Shown here one piece after another: positions 25,388-39,205 of a DNA stretch of 64,000 bases. Source of the stretch: Chiloscyllium plagiosum. Taxonomy: Eukaryota. A program made the translations under genes and the position numbers. The notes beneath the pieces are model-generated. The model was not told where the DNA came from. It saw only the letters and a program-made list of their open reading frames with translations, and did no database searches. The DNA lies in the NCBI RefSeq assembly GCF_004010195.1, contig NC_057719.1, positions 51,379,656-51,443,655 of the forward strand, in the 5' to 3' direction. The stretch's first letter is position 1. The number at the start of each line of letters is the position of its first letter.

Positions 25388-25830
25388 CTACTCAGGAACA
25401 CATGACCTTCTAGATTTTGGAATAATTGGATGAATATTGATTTGTGATATTTCTTGGTCTGTATTCTTCACATTCAAAGATTCTTGCCCAGGCGTTGTTT
25501 GAGAAAAATCTGAAGCTGCTGTTTTCAATTCAACTTGTAATGATTCTTCCTGTTCGTAAGATTTCTGGACCTCTTTCTGCACACCTGTCTCTGAATCCAA
25601 CAGTATGGAAACATCCTCTGAACTCGAATTTGCATTTGCATTATATCCAAAGATCATTTTTGCCTTTGCTTCTTTTTTTTTATTCCTAATTTGTGCAATT
25701 TTCTTCTCAGTGTCCTCCATGAAGGTGGTCAGTAAGTTAAACAGAAGTGCCAACCATGCCATGCCAAAGAGGATCCAGATTGCCATCACTGCCCGGTAAA
25801 ATTTTCTGTACTTTATATGAGGGTTGACAC
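25388..25830 (-). CDS. KCNK16: KCNK16-like coding exon 5 (M4 and C-terminal tail, stop TAG)
   Basis: Acceptor atctatgccaacag; reads (G)VNPHIKYRKFYRAVMAIWILFGMAWLALLFNLLTTFMED...RRSCVPE*. Similar to TALK-1 M4 (YRSLAAIWILLGLAWLAL). Exon lengths 204+121+167+169+443 = 1104 nt. Confidence 0.93.
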
Positions 25831-26719
25831 CTGTTGGCATAGATATACTGGTTTACCTCAGAAATTCAAAGAAAAACTAAGTTCTGTAATTAGAGAAAAG
25901 AAAGAAACAGAAAATACAACAAAATGCTGCAGATGTGTTGGAGAAGATGTTTGTATCAGCCAGTAGTGCCTTGGTGACCTGTTATAATCCCTGTCAAATG
26001 TTCAGCTCTATTCACTTCAAAACACCAGAGGGATGTATAACAGCTGGCTGATGCAATGCAGCCATTTAGCACTGCTGCACAGCACAAATTCCTAAAGAGA
26101 AACGACAGGTCAATATTTCTGTTTGAAGAGCATTAGTCCAAACCTGAGCTTTAATGAAATACCATCACAGGAAACTTCATTCTGTCTTTAGCCTATTGGA
26201 AATCTGACAGACCTTCTGTATTTTTCCAACATTTTAAGCTGATACTTGAATCAATTAAATGTGGCAAAAAATACTCTACGTGTGCAAAATGATTGTATCT
26301 TCAAACATTGAAATTTAGGGCTGAAATACATTCCCAGCAAAAGCATTTTTGCAAGGTCAATCAATTTCGTTACAAACACAGTAGAAGGTGATAACTTTCA
26401 AGACAGGCTCAGAAAAATTCTAATCTATGAGGAGAGGTATCCAGCCTCAGAATTTGTATTTCATGTTCACCAATTAGACATTGAACAGTTGCCCTATACA
26501 ATGCCAGGGATTAGGTTAATGTCAAAAAGCTTATATTGCTGCAGACTACAGATAACCTAAAAAATTTGCTTTAAACGAGAGAACAATGAAAGCAATTTTG
26601 TGATATTAGCTGGGAAAGATGTAATAGCAGGTTAGATTTTGAAAAATATTTGTTGTTAACAAAGGAACTTTACATTTTTCTTATGATATGAAACATAAAT
26701 GATATAACACTTTTAGCAT

Positions 26720-27450
26720 ATAGAACATAGAACAATCCAGCACAGGAACAGGCCCTTCAGCCCACGATGTTTAAGCCTACCACAATGCCATTCAAAACTA
26801 ATCCCACCTGCTTGTACATTATCATTATTCCTCTATTCTCTGCCTACTCATGTGTCTGTCTAAATGCTTCTTAAATTTTGCTGTTTTATCTGCTTCTACC
26901 ACCTCCCCCGGCAGTGCATTCCAAGCATCTTACCACCCTCTGTGTAAAAGACTTACCTTGCACATCTCTTTTAAACTGCTCCCCCTCTCACCTTAAACTT
27001 ATGTCCCCTAGTATTTAACAGTTCCACCCCTGGAAAAAGATTCTGACTATCCCCCCTACTATCCTTTCATAATTTTATATCTATCAGGTTGCCCCTCAGC
27101 CTCCGATGCTTTAGTGAAAACAAAGTTTGTCCAAACTCTCCTTATAGCTAATACAGTCCAATCCAGGCAACATCCTGGCAAATGTCTTCTGCACCCTCTC
27201 CAAAGCTTTCACATCCAGAAGTGCACACAATACTTCAAATGTGGCCTAACTAAAGTTTTATACAACTGCAACATGACTTGCCAACTTTTACACTCAATGC
27301 CAATGAAAGCAAGCATGCTGTATGCCTTCTTTACTGCCTTACCCACTTGGGGATTGCCACTTTCAGGGAGCTGTGAGACTTGGACCCCAGGATCCTTCTG
27401 TATATCAATGCTCCTGAGGATCCTACCATTTCCTGAATACTTTCCTCCTT
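26720..27450 (-). mobile_element. CR1 LINE 3' end (intron 4)
   Basis: KKAYSMLAFI...LQLYKTLVRPHLKYCVHFW; (catagaa)n tail. Confidence 0.88.
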
Positions 27451-28409
27451 TATACATCATAGTTATGTAGAGTAACATTTTAGCGCCATGCAAGTGACTG
27501 TCATCATATTATGTGTTTACAAATGTTGCCCAAGCTTTCATTTTAAAATTGCTTTAAGGCTGTTTCCTTTTTGTGAACTAATTTTGAGTCCAGTAATGGA
27601 CTAATTTTGTATTTAGTTCAGATGAACAATTGTTGAGTGAGCAGTGTCTAATTAAAAGCTGTTACCAATAGTTTATATAGGGTTCTACTGCCCCGGCTAA
27701 TAAGCCAACTTTTCTCAAAACATAAACATAGCAGATTTAGCTACAGATTTGTTCTTCAACCCAGTAAGGTCCTTATTGATTTATTCCTAACAACTGACCG
27801 ATCACATTGACTTTTAAAATGTCAAAAAAGTACTTAGTCTTTGTTGTCTAGACAAATATAAAAATAAACAGAAGTACAATTACTTCAGCATGAAATGGAA
27901 CAACTGTTGCCAATGACCTCAAATAAGGCTCTTGTATCTGGTCTTTCTGCATTACTGGTGTGATCAATGAAACAATTTCCTCTGTGTGCAATAGGATATT
28001 TTACAATCGTTTAACTTATCAAAAAGCTAACAGCAGTAGCATGCAACAAAATCATTTCTTTTGTCTGACATCATTGCTCTAAGATAAATCTGCAGCAACT
28101 TGGGCTCTCAGGTTGATGTGAAAATTAATCTAAATTTGGTATATATTTAAGAATGGGTATCATAGTTACCATTTATTTCAGAACAGATGATTCTGTTTGC
28201 TCTTGACAATTGGCAATGGGAATAACATTCGAGCATTCTCGATACAACATTGATACAACATACTTCAAATTCACACATGTTGTGAAATCCAGTAATATTG
28301 GTGTAGGGTAAAATAAGAATTTCTGAGCATATGATACATAGAAATGAGGAAGGTTGTTTTAATTGTATAGTTTTTGGTTTACATGCATTTATTGTGGTAT
28401 TTTATATTT

Positions 28410-29830
28410 CATAGAATTGTAGAATGACTACAATAACAGAATGAGGCCATTCAACCCAATATTTCTATGCTGTCAGAGAAAAATTCACCCTCTTGGTTTT
28501 CTCCAGAGCCCATAAGCCCGTTCTGTTCAGATAATTATCCAATTTCTGTTTGCAAGCCTACCTCAGAGAATGCACTCAAAATTCTAGGCACTTATTGAGT
28601 AAAGAGGTTTTTCTTCGTGTTGCCTTTGGTTCTTTTGTCTGTTACTTTAAACGTCTGGTTCAACCAATAGGAACAGTTCCCCTTTATTACCTGTACAGGG
28701 CCCTCATGATCTGAATACTCTTATTAAAGCTTCTGTCAGCCTTTTCTTCTCGCAGGAGAACAACTTAGCTTCTCCCGTGACCTCAATTACCTTTTGTGCC
28801 AGGAAGACCATCAGTTGTAGCAGCTCGAACTCTGGGTTTCAGAAATTTTGCAGCAGCAGGTGGTTTCACTGCAGTTTATGCATGAGGCTGAAAGCTTACA
28901 TGGATAGCATGTTTATAGATGCGGTCACTGCACAGCTGAAGAATATGTTGGGTATGTTCACAAGTCAATCAAAAGAATAGACACACATAGTGAAGTGTTC
29001 CATCTTTATCTCACTCTCCAACTAATATTCAGTTCTGGATGTTGATGAAGCTGATGGTTCATCTTGGGAGTACAGCCAAAGCCAAGTTCATGCTAACACA
29101 GGAGGCTCAGATGTATGGAGTAAAGGAAAGATGGGAGAAGCCACGGTGATTGATGATTCAACAGTTAGGGGCATAGATAGGGTTCCTCTAGCCACAGATG
29201 GGAATCCAGGATGATGGATCCCTCATACTAGGATCAAGGATCGCACTGAGCAGCTGCAGGTTTGAAAGCATTGTCTGAGAGTATGGTGGAGGCAGGTATA
29301 TTCAATGCATTTAAAAAGAAATTTGACAGTTATCTGAAAGGGAACAATGTGCAGGGTCACAAAAGAGAAGGCAAGAGAAGTGGACTCCTCATTCGAAGAG
29401 TCAGTGCAGACATGATAGGCTGACTAGCCTCATCCTTCACTGTAAGAATTCTGTGATTGTATCCTCCCCAGAGGTGCTTCCAAATGGTGAGAAAGCTGCA
29501 AATTGTAAAATGATGGGCTGAACACTCAAGCAAAAGCAGTGGTCCTGACAGCAATGTCTGGGAAACCCCAATACATACCATTCTTCACTCCAATAATCAG
29601 CCATTCAGCATCACCCTGTTTCTTATCACTCAGCCAATTTGGTATCCATACTGTGCTGTTTATTTCATGGGTATCAACTTTGCTAACAAGTCTGTAATGT
29701 GGCACTTTTGGAAGACTTGTCAACCACCTTGCCATTATTAAACTTCGCTGTTATGCCATTAAAAAAAAGCTTAATCAATTTAGTTAAATACAACTTAGAT
29801 TTTACAAATCCAAACTTCCTCAACTAAAGC
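28410..29830. mobile_element. Cluster of highly decayed CR1 fragments in both orientations
   Basis: CR1 tail at 28410 (-), 3' end at ~29270-29460 (+), KVPHYRLVSKV at 29526-29735 (-). Confidence 0.6.
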
Positions 29831-31246
29831 ACATTTGTCTGATTTTGCTTTGGATCATCAGTCAGGATTTTCTATTTTTGAGTTAAAGTACAGAGATGGG
29901 CCCTTAGGTTGTCTTATCCCCGCATGGCCTGCGGTGAATTTTCTGAAGCAATTGTCGCTTTTCAGCTCATTTCACAAGTAAAGAGGTTATATGTCAACTA
30001 AAATGATGAATCATGGGCAGTTGGTAGTTGGAGGTTCTCAATCCCTCTGCCACCTCCTTGGATCAATAGTTCCAGTGCCATATTTAAAGGCCACCTCAGC
30101 ACCTCTTCACTCACTGCAAACCCAGGAGCTCAACAACAACCTCTAGTTGTGGTTTGCAAATCACCCAGCTGAAGATGTTTGCAAGGAACCTGAAACTGAC
30201 TACCCATTTTACAGAGTCCTATATGCTTGAAGTGTATTGAAGGATTCACATGGACGTTATGCTGTCAATTATGCAGCACCTATGAAGAGGCAGACATGGC
30301 ACAGCCAGTCAGAAACATTGTTATTTGCTGTTCTCAGATATGTAGACACTCTCACACATTCTTCTACAGAATGGATTGTACATCTTCAGCAACTAATTTT
30401 CATTTTTGCCTTCCACAGGTACGATGGTAACCAGACAGCAAAACTAAACACACCACAGAACTGGTTTAGCATTATGCAGATCCTAACATTCTGCAGGACT
30501 GGATGAGAAAGAGAGGGCAGTATGAGACTAATGACATTAGGTAAGATGTGTCAAATCTGGAGAGCTTTCCTCAGGTCGAGTGTTCCCTGATCCAGCTTTC
30601 TTTTTAACGTTAGTGCAGCTAAGAATATAGGATCAATCAGTGAGCTGCAGTGTCCACTGTGTTACAGCCAAATATTTACATAGATAGCTCAGAGCTTAAA
30701 GATCTCTCAGCTGATCTCTCTGCCTCAAAGTTATCACATTATAAGCTGACAGAAGAAACACTTTATTTTAAAACACTATTGAAAAATGAGACGCTTCTAA
30801 GTTAAAGAGATGCTTTGGATAGAGATCGCAGCAGCCTCTCAACCAGTCGGTCATTAACAAGCAGAATAGCAAAAAAAAAGCAGGTCCATGGAGCTTAGAC
30901 CTCTGCAGATTGGTGGTTAGGAGGTTCCTTTGATGGACCCCAAAGTCCAGTTGGTCTGACATCAGTGGGGGTTTTCCTGGGCTATTTCAGAATCAGCTTC
31001 CTCCTCAGAGATGATCTCATGCTCCTCTATTTATTCCTAATCCAAGACCTCACCCTTTTGTACAATCAAGTTGGAGAGAGAGCAACAAAGCACTGTAGCA
31101 CACTCTGTCTGGGGTGTACTGCCTTGCACCACCTGGCCAGTCCAGGTATGTGAATCCCATCTTCAGCAGACCAATGATCTGCTCTACATTGGCCCTGTTG
31201 AAGTCGGTTTAGTGTTAAGAATCTTCTTACTATCAGTCTGTATATT

Positions 31247-31596
31247 CCATAGAATACCAACAGTATGGAAACAGGCCATTTGGCCCAACAAGTCCACACC
31301 AACCCTCCAAAGAGTATCCCATCAGATCCATAACCTTTCCCTGTAACCCTACATTTCCTATGGCTAACACACCTAACCTACACATCCCTGGACACTATGG
31401 GCAACTTAGCGTGGCCAATCTGTCTTAGCTGCACGTCACTGGATTGTGGGAGGAAACCGGAGCACTCAACGGAAACTCATGCAGACATGGGGAGAATGTG
31501 AAAACTCCACACAGACATTTGCCTGAGGATGGTATTGAACCTGGGTCGCTGGTGCTGTGAGGCAGCAGTATTAACCACTGAGCCACCGTGCTGGCC
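31247..31596 (-). mobile_element. HE1-type SINE
   Basis: Family head and tail as at 2320-2648. Confidence 0.88.
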
Positions 31597-33552
31597 TAGC
31601 AGGGCACTGTACTGTCCTTTGTAGATACAATCCATTGCACCCAGCACCTACAGAAATCCTTCATTAGCCAAAAGTCTCATTGCCCTGGCTGCCTGACTGG
31701 CAGTATCCACTGGGAAATTAATAAATGGGCAAGCTTTAGCAAACAAAGCATTAGTCATCACCCAGATGGATTTATGAGTAGATGCCTGAGGATTCTGAAA
31801 CCGCAGACTCCCTGAAATGATCCATTCAGATTGAAATTAAGGGCCATTGTCACCTTCAAGACACTGGGATGGGCTTGCCTCCTAGTCCATGAGGACACAG
31901 GTACGCATGCAGAAGTTGGCAGATGCAGGACACCACTCCTGGGTTGTCCTGAGTCACTGCTGACACTGCCAGTATGTCACTTGCAGATAGCTGCATGTTG
32001 ATCTGGAGTCTCAGTGACAAGCTAATGCTCACCATCCATGTTGACCGGCTTGTGTAGGCTGTTGTACCTCAGCAAGCTGGTCTGCAGCTGCTGCTGGATT
32101 GGACTTCAGCAGCTGTTGTGTTACTGTTTGAGCAGTCAACACTTGTGGTTTCTTCTGAGAAGCAAGACAATCTAGAAGAATGGCAGGATTAATCTGTGCC
32201 ATCTCGATGTTGCTTTTGCCCATGCTGCAGACAGAGGAGGAGGGCAGTAAGCAGAACAGATTGTGAGTGTACCCAGAGCCAAAGACCAGGGGATTGCTAA
32301 AGTTGTGAAGGAGGGATAGAGATGCAAAATGTGTCCTTTTCATATCTTCATTTTCACCCATTTCAGGCATGCAACGTTAATTCTGTTTCTCCCTCCACCG
32401 ATGCTGCCAGGCATACTGGGTTTCTCCAGCACTTCCTGTTTTTATTTCATATTTCCAGCATCTGCACTATTTTGCTTTTACTTGAACCTTAATCTTTCCT
32501 TGATCAAAATTAGTTTTACACTGATGTTCCTTGATCTCCCCTATAAGATAGTGCAGTGCCTCAGCTTCCAACTCCCTAATTACAACATCCAATTGCCCCC
32601 ACCCACGGCCATTCCCTCTGCTTCAGCACAATCCCTGAATAAGACATGAGTTGCCTTTCACATTGGATGTAGCACTACATAGACCTTTCACCTCTGGACT
32701 GACATGCACCTCAGCCCCGGACCCGATTGCCACATAATCCCCAGGCTGACTGAATCACAACTACCCACCCACAGTGAACATACACTTACCAAACTTTCCT
32801 TCATTCCTTTCATCGCTTTTGTGGTTCACTACTGTTCAGACAATGCCACTCTGTTTGCTACTTTCACAGGTCCATGCAGTTCAGCCATAAGCAGGCCTTT
32901 ACAGTTTGTGCTGAGGTGTACTGTTCTGCCATAAACAGCCTCCAGTTGATGGTTCAGGAAGACAGCATGCCTGGTCCACTTGGACACATCAACTCTACTT
33001 TGAAAAATCATACACCTGTAACTATGGGCATCGTTTGAAGCCATGTCATTACAAGGATAAAGCAATAAGTACTTGTCCTGGGGTGGATGAAGAAATGCCT
33101 AATTTTTGGTATTGAGTTTCTGAAGCAAGAGTTTCTAGATTGTATGGAACTTCATTGAGAAAGTGAAGTTTAATCCAACGAGTTGTGACATTAATGAAAT
33201 GAAACACATATAGATAAGGTGTTCACCATTTGCTAGTGACATACTTGCCTTAATACCTCAATGAGAGAACTTAATTGCTGAAGTTTTTCTTAACAGCAGG
33301 AATCTTATTTTCGACTTCTTACCCGATAAGTTCACCCATTGGCCATTCTCTTCATCATGGCAGGAATGGAGTATCCTGTCCCATGATTTCTAAAAGCTGT
33401 TTGACCACGAGGTTAAACTGGCCAGTACTTGTTGAGTTTGTCCATACTACAATCTATTTTGAAAAAAGTGATTCTGCCATTGTCAGCGCATTACATTACC
33501 TTTGCATCTCAGGAGAATTATGGTTAATGCTTTGCCAATTTTCATCCTTATT

Positions 33553-33862
33553 TAGATTAGATTACTTACAGTGTGGAAACAGGCCCTTCGGCCCAACAAG
33601 TCCACACCGCCCCGCCGAAGCGCAACCCATCCATACCCTTACATTTACTCCTTACCTAACACTACAGGCAATTTAGCATGGCCAATTCACCTGACCTGCA
33701 CATCTTTGGACTGTGGGAGGAAACCGGAGCACCCGGAGGAAACCCGCGCAGAACGGGGAGAACGTGCAAACTCCACACAGTCGGTTGCCTGAGGCAGGAA
33801 TTGAAACCGGGTCTCTGGCACTGTGAGGCAGCAGTGCTAACCATTGTGCCACCTTGCCGCCC
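33553..33862 (-). mobile_element. HE1-type SINE (young, CpG-rich)
   Basis: Family match; (AATCT)n tail. Confidence 0.9.
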
Positions 33863-34064
33863 ACCAGGTACATCCCAGGCAGTCCTGGAGACTTAGCAAC
33901 CTTAAATTATAACTTGCATTTCTAACATCTCCTCTTCATCAATTTTTTAGGCATTCATTGTATCAACTAAGTTTTCTTTCATGTGACACCATGTTCTTTC
34001 TTGGTAGAGACAAACACCCTGTACATGCACAAAAAAACACCCTTTTACTATATATATGCTTAAA

Positions 34065-34840
34065 CAATGAACAAAGAAAAATGAATAGTACAGGAAAAGG
34101 CCCTTTGGCCCACCAAGCCTATCATTGCAAACTCAATATCATTTCTAAACTAAAGACCTTTTGCCTCTGTGATCCATATCTCTCTATTTCCTGCCTCTTC
34201 ATGTATCTGTCAAGATGCCTCTTAAATGTTGCTATGTTATCTACTTCTACCTACTCTGACAAGATATTCGGCATACACTCCACTCTCTGTAAAAAACATT
34301 GGCTCTCACATTTCCTTTAAACTTTCCTCCTTTTACCTTAAACCGATGTCCTCTAGTAATTGACATGTCTAACCTGGGAGAAGAAGACTCTGAATATCCA
34401 TTCTATCCATGTCTCTTGTAATTTTCTAAATTTCTATCCGGCTGTCCTTCAGCCTCTGACATTTAAGTGGAAACAAGCCAAATCTTTCCTCATAGCGAAT
34501 ACCCTCTAAACCAGGCAAAATCCCAGTAAATCTGATGAAGAGTCATTTAGACTTGAAATATTAGCTTGCTCTCTCTCTCCATGGATGCTGTCTGACCCAC
34601 CATGATCTCCAGCGTTTGTTGTTTTCAGAACACCCTGGTAAATCTTTTCTGTACCCTTTCCAATATGCAATATTCCAAGTGGGCCTGACTGAAGTTCCAT
34701 ACTGTTGCATCATGATTTGCCAATTTTTATACTCTGTGCCCCGATTGATGAAGGCAGACACTTCTTGACCACTTTATCCACTTGCACAGCCACTTTCTGG
34801 AATTGTGGACTAGTATACCTAGATCTCTCTGTAAAGATAG
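34065..34840 (-). mobile_element. CR1 3' end interrupted by a PLE mini-insertion (34532-34628)
   Basis: AFINRGTEYKNWQIMMQ motif. Insert flanked by the imperfect duplication ...GTAAATCT (34517-34533 / 34629-34645). Confidence 0.8.
34532..34566 (+). ncRNA. Degenerate hammerhead motif, family C
   Basis: CTGATGA-A-GAGTC-ATTTA-GACTT-GAAA-TAT-T-AGCT. Confidence 0.55.
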
Positions 34841-35738
34841 TTTTTGTATTTTTTCACTTGCTGCTTCGACTGTTACCACTGAGCCCAACAGCAGCAAGTA
34901 TTTAGTTTGAACTGCCTTAAGCAAAATACATCATTTTAAGGATTTGAGGATGTTTTAAAGTATGAGCTTGTACAGGCATTCAGAAGTAGATCATACCTCC
35001 ACTAGAAAATGCACACATTTGTGCTTAAGTAATAATTAAGGCAAGTGCATCTCTATTTGGTGCTTATGGAATATAATACATTTTCATTTACAGTCTTGAT
35101 TGAATTATTCAAATAATGACAACATCTATTGCTGAATTCCATACCTGGCTGCAGCTCCATTGTGTTATTCACTCATGCAAACAGCATGCAAAGACTGATT
35201 CAATCGAAGATTAGAACTATTGGGTTACAGCTTCCCATTATTGTGTCAGAGATTCAGTGTGTCAATTATGTCAATAATTCCTGTATTTATAGTCCACATT
35301 GCAGTAATGAAGTGTTATGAAACAGCTATTTGTTGCTGACAGTTTAATTAGTGTATGTAATTAACATTAGATAAGAATATTAAATTAGAGATGCATTTAA
35401 TTAAGACGTGTTGTAAAAAGATTGCTTTAGTCTTTGCAATTTGCTGTTATTACAGTAAATATTACTAAAACGCAACAGATAATTATAGCTTTAAAATGTT
35501 TCACATGAACAAAACTGTAATATCAGTTTTTCAGTTTTATTATCATTATTTTCATAATTAGGAAAATGTGCTACTTTTAAATAGGGCCTGGCATTATCTA
35601 TACATGAGTAGGAGAAATGCAATATTTACAATCTAGTAGGCCTATTTGTAGGATTTTCAATATGTTTGTACTTCATTTAAAAAAGTGATTAATCCTTATA
35701 TTCTTATCAATTAATTAATAAACTGTATCAAAACTCAC

Positions 35739-35907
35739 CCACAATATAATCACCAAAACCAATGGTGCTGAGAGTGATGAATGCATAATAAACTCCTTCC
35801 CTGTAGGACCATTTCTCAATAAAACAAAAAACTAGAGGTGGTAAGGCCAGGAATATTCCAGCACCAATCACAAGAAAAAACAGGAATGTTAAAAGCTCCA
35901 CTCTTTT
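35739..35907 (-). CDS. KCNK16: KCNK16-like coding exon 4 (M3, pore 2, TIGFGD)
   Basis: Acceptor ttctttatttcag; reads KRVELLTFLFFLVIGAGIFLALPPLVFCFIEKWSYREGVYYAFITLSTIGFGDYIV-G; donor G|GTGAGT; 169 nt. Confidence 0.95.
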
Positions 35908-36349
35908 CTGAAATAAAGAAAGATTAATTTATATTTAAATAGCAAATAGGAGTATCAATTTAAATAAACTTTCACTTTAAGGAGACCTATACAATACTAA
36001 ATAGAAATGTCAAATATAATTCTTAAATACAAGACTTGAAAGTTGCAGGAAATTGTTTCAAATTTAAAAGGTCTGTCTCCTGTCATTTGCCCTTCTAAAT
36101 AAATTCTTATATTAATTAATTTGTTATCCATAAGCATACTTGAGCAATTCATGCCAAAAGAATTATTTTAATAACCAAAAAAAGCAATTATATTTGTACT
36201 TACATATGAATAAATGCAATCCATAATCATTCAATTGAATTGAACTACACATACCTTGTTCCATTCTCACATGGCTCACCATACCCAGAGATATAATGGC
36301 TTATTTACCCATCCCCCAATACAACTATGGTGTCTCAGAAGAATCTATT

Positions 36350-36560
36350 TAGAAACACAAAAACATACAAAGTAGGAACAGGAGTAGGCCTTTTGCGCCT
36401 GCTCTGCCATTCAGTATGGTCATTGCTGGTCATCCTGTCGTCAGTATCATCTGTAGCTGTCCCTGCTTTTGCCCTATACCCTTTTGCCCTAAGAACTATA
36501 TCTACCTCTTTCTTGAAAACCTTCAATATTTTGGCCTCAAATGGCAGAGAATTCCCTCAA
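36350..36560 (-). mobile_element. CR1 3' tail fragment (intron 3)
   Basis: VFKKEVDIVLRAKG; tail similar to 16098-16300. Confidence 0.7.
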
Positions 36561-38242
36561 TGTCCAAAAATGTATCCGTTTCCAAATGTATCCTGATGGC
36601 ACCAGTACAATCACACCATGAATTCTCTTGACCATTTCACTCTCCTTCAATTGTCAACCTTCTTTTCCAATATCCAGTATGGATGAACAGACATTTCCTC
36701 CTACTAAATGTTGGGAAAATCAAACTATTGTTTTTAGTTCTATTATTCCCTACTCAATAATGCATCTCTCCCTGGCAATGCCTGAGGCTGAACCTGACTG
36801 TTCATGACCTATCAGCTACTAAAACTCACATCCAAGCCATTGCTACCTCTGGAGTTCACTATTCTATTGCAGTCAGATAAGTCACCCATTTTCTATTGTC
36901 CATAAACATGAGGCCATACAGAACTTTGTGCTGTAACATGCATTAAATTCCATCAGGCCCATCCTGGTTCCTGGTTGAGCAATGCCTTACTTTTAAAATT
37001 TTCACCATTGTTAAAAATCCCTCCATTGTGATACCACTCCCCATCCCTGTAATCTTGCAAAGCCTAACAGTCCTGCATGCCACTAATTATGATCTTTTGA
37101 CCGTTTACCATTTTAATTGCTTCATCATTGACAATTGTACTTTAAATTTTGTCAGCTCATGGATCTTTTATTCCCTCTCGAAACCTCTCTACCTCCCTTC
37201 CCTTCACTCTCTAAACTCTAACTCTTTGACCAAATTTTGATCATCTGCCCTAATGTCTCTTGATAGTACATTCTGCATTATAACGCTCCAGTGAAGCATT
37301 GGGATATTACATCAGAGTTCTTATAAAAATGCAAGTTGTTGTTGATGTATGTAACTGTTATTTATTTAATAGCAAGTGTACCAATAAGTGTAGTATAATG
37401 TGGCCTTTGATAATGCAACATCTATAATTAAGTTGCATGGCAGCGAGACCTCTATTTAAGAATGTGCTTTACTATTTCATAAGTCACTTTTTCAAGCTTT
37501 TGAATCAAACAAGATTCTGGTTTGAAACCACCACAGTTGTAAACTTTATGTAACATGTGTTTTCTCATGATAGCATACTGTCAGATACTAATCTTTTATT
37601 TTAGAGATCAAAGGTAAGGAGGAAGTACACATCATTGCACAGTGTCATAAGTGAAGGAGTGGAACACTAAACATGAAATGTCTGAGTTGTGGGATTTAGG
37701 TCCAATTGTAGTATTCCCTTAAAGTCCTCCTGGTGCCTTCCTTCACAAAGGGATAATATCTTGTATATATCCTGCAATGCATTCAATATTCAGGAGGCTT
37801 TAAACTATCCCTTTCCCTTTAAAAAGAGGTAGTCTGCAGCTAATGTGGCTTTAAAAAGGAAAACCTTGAAAGGTAGATAATCTTTGGATAGTGTCGTCAG
37901 TTCCCATGTGATATATATTTAAGCTAATTAAATCCAGAATGTATTTGTATCAGTGTAGCAACATGTTTATGAACCTCATAAGGAATTCAATGTTACATGA
38001 ATATGGAATAGTCTTCTGGTATGCACTTGATGAAGCAACATAAACAAGAATATTTGTGTATTGGTTAATCTTGACCAAAAGTGATCCCTTTTACAAACAA
38101 TGTTGGTCATTACTTTCCTAGTTAAATTTAGAATTGTCCAGGAGGATCTAAATGAATTTTATATAATTTGCATTCATAGATTTTAATTATTAGATAAACA
38201 TCAACTTCTTAGAAGTTTAGTGTATTTTTTTTGTATCTGTAC

Positions 38243-38409
38243 CTGTTTCATTCCTCTCTTGAACAGACAATTGCGAATTTTTTCTGAATGGGAAGATAGA
38301 CTTTTGCCAACAGCACCAAGAATAATCACATGCAAGGGAATTCCGAAGAGCGCGTAGAAAACACAGAAGATCTGACCTCCAGCTGTTGTGGGTGAGAGAT
38401 TTCCATAGC
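38243..38409 (-). CDS. KCNK16: KCNK16-like coding exon 3 (filter 1 GYG and M2)
   Basis: Acceptor ttttcttacccaaag; reads (G)YGNLSPTTAGGQIFCVFYALFGIPLHVIILGAVGKSLSSHSEKIRNCLFKRGMKQ; donor CAG|GTACAG; 167 nt; completes TIGYG with exon 2. Confidence 0.95.
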
Positions 38410-39059
38410 CTTTGGGTAAGAAAAAATTAAAATATTCATAACAAAAACCATATATGATAATCCTTATCTACATTATGAAGATAGATTGTCTGAAATATGA
38501 ACTTATTATATCATCAGAAAGAGCACTTTGGAAACCAGATGTTATTGGCTACAGCAAGAAAAAATGTAGCAATTACAAAACATACAAGCTAACTGACTGA
38601 AGTCACCCAGTCAATAATATTTTCAGGAAACACCACATGATCCACCTTTTGGGTGTAGTAAAGCTCTGAATTTTGAACAGATGGTCAAGAATTTGAAATG
38701 ATTTGCTTGAAGATCAATAGTCCTTTGGCCTTTTCCTCTTTCTCCCAAAATCCTCTCAGCCTAGAATGTGAGGTGAAGATTTCCTGAAATTCCACATCAC
38801 CAATTGTGGAGGGATCTTAAAGAAGATTTTGGAATGTACCTCACTGTCTCCAGAAAAGAGAACTTAGCCATCTATAAACGATCCAATAAGGCACCACAGC
38901 ACCAACAGTCTATAAGTAACTTCCGCTGTAGAAAACTATTTGGAACAATTTATGAACAATCCATTTTTCCTGAGTTTAACTTCTACTTAGCCAAACTACT
39001 TCTAAGATAACAATCTGCATTTTGTTTTTATGGGTGTGTGTGTTAATTTTCAAGGATCA

Positions 39060-39205
39060 ATGATGTGGAGGTGCCAGTGTTGGACTGGCATGGGCAAAGT
39101 CAGAAGACACATGAAATGCCTTCACGTGATGAAGGAGCTGTGATCTGAAAGCTTGTGATTTGCAATAAAAATTTTTGGACTATAACCTGGTGTTGTGCGA
39201 TTTCT
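39060..39205. mobile_element. Head-to-head PLE family-B pLTR remnant with a degenerate hammerhead (39123-39157, +)
   Basis: Left arm matches 11355-11400 and right arm matches 12783-12865; CAC-GTGATGA-A-GGAGC-TGT-GATCT-GAAA-GCT-T-GTG. Confidence 0.65.

Noticed and set aside
29900..33100. Possible DNA-transposon remnants or hidden exons in intron 4
   Set aside because: No TIRs, catalytic motifs or paired splice sites that I could support.
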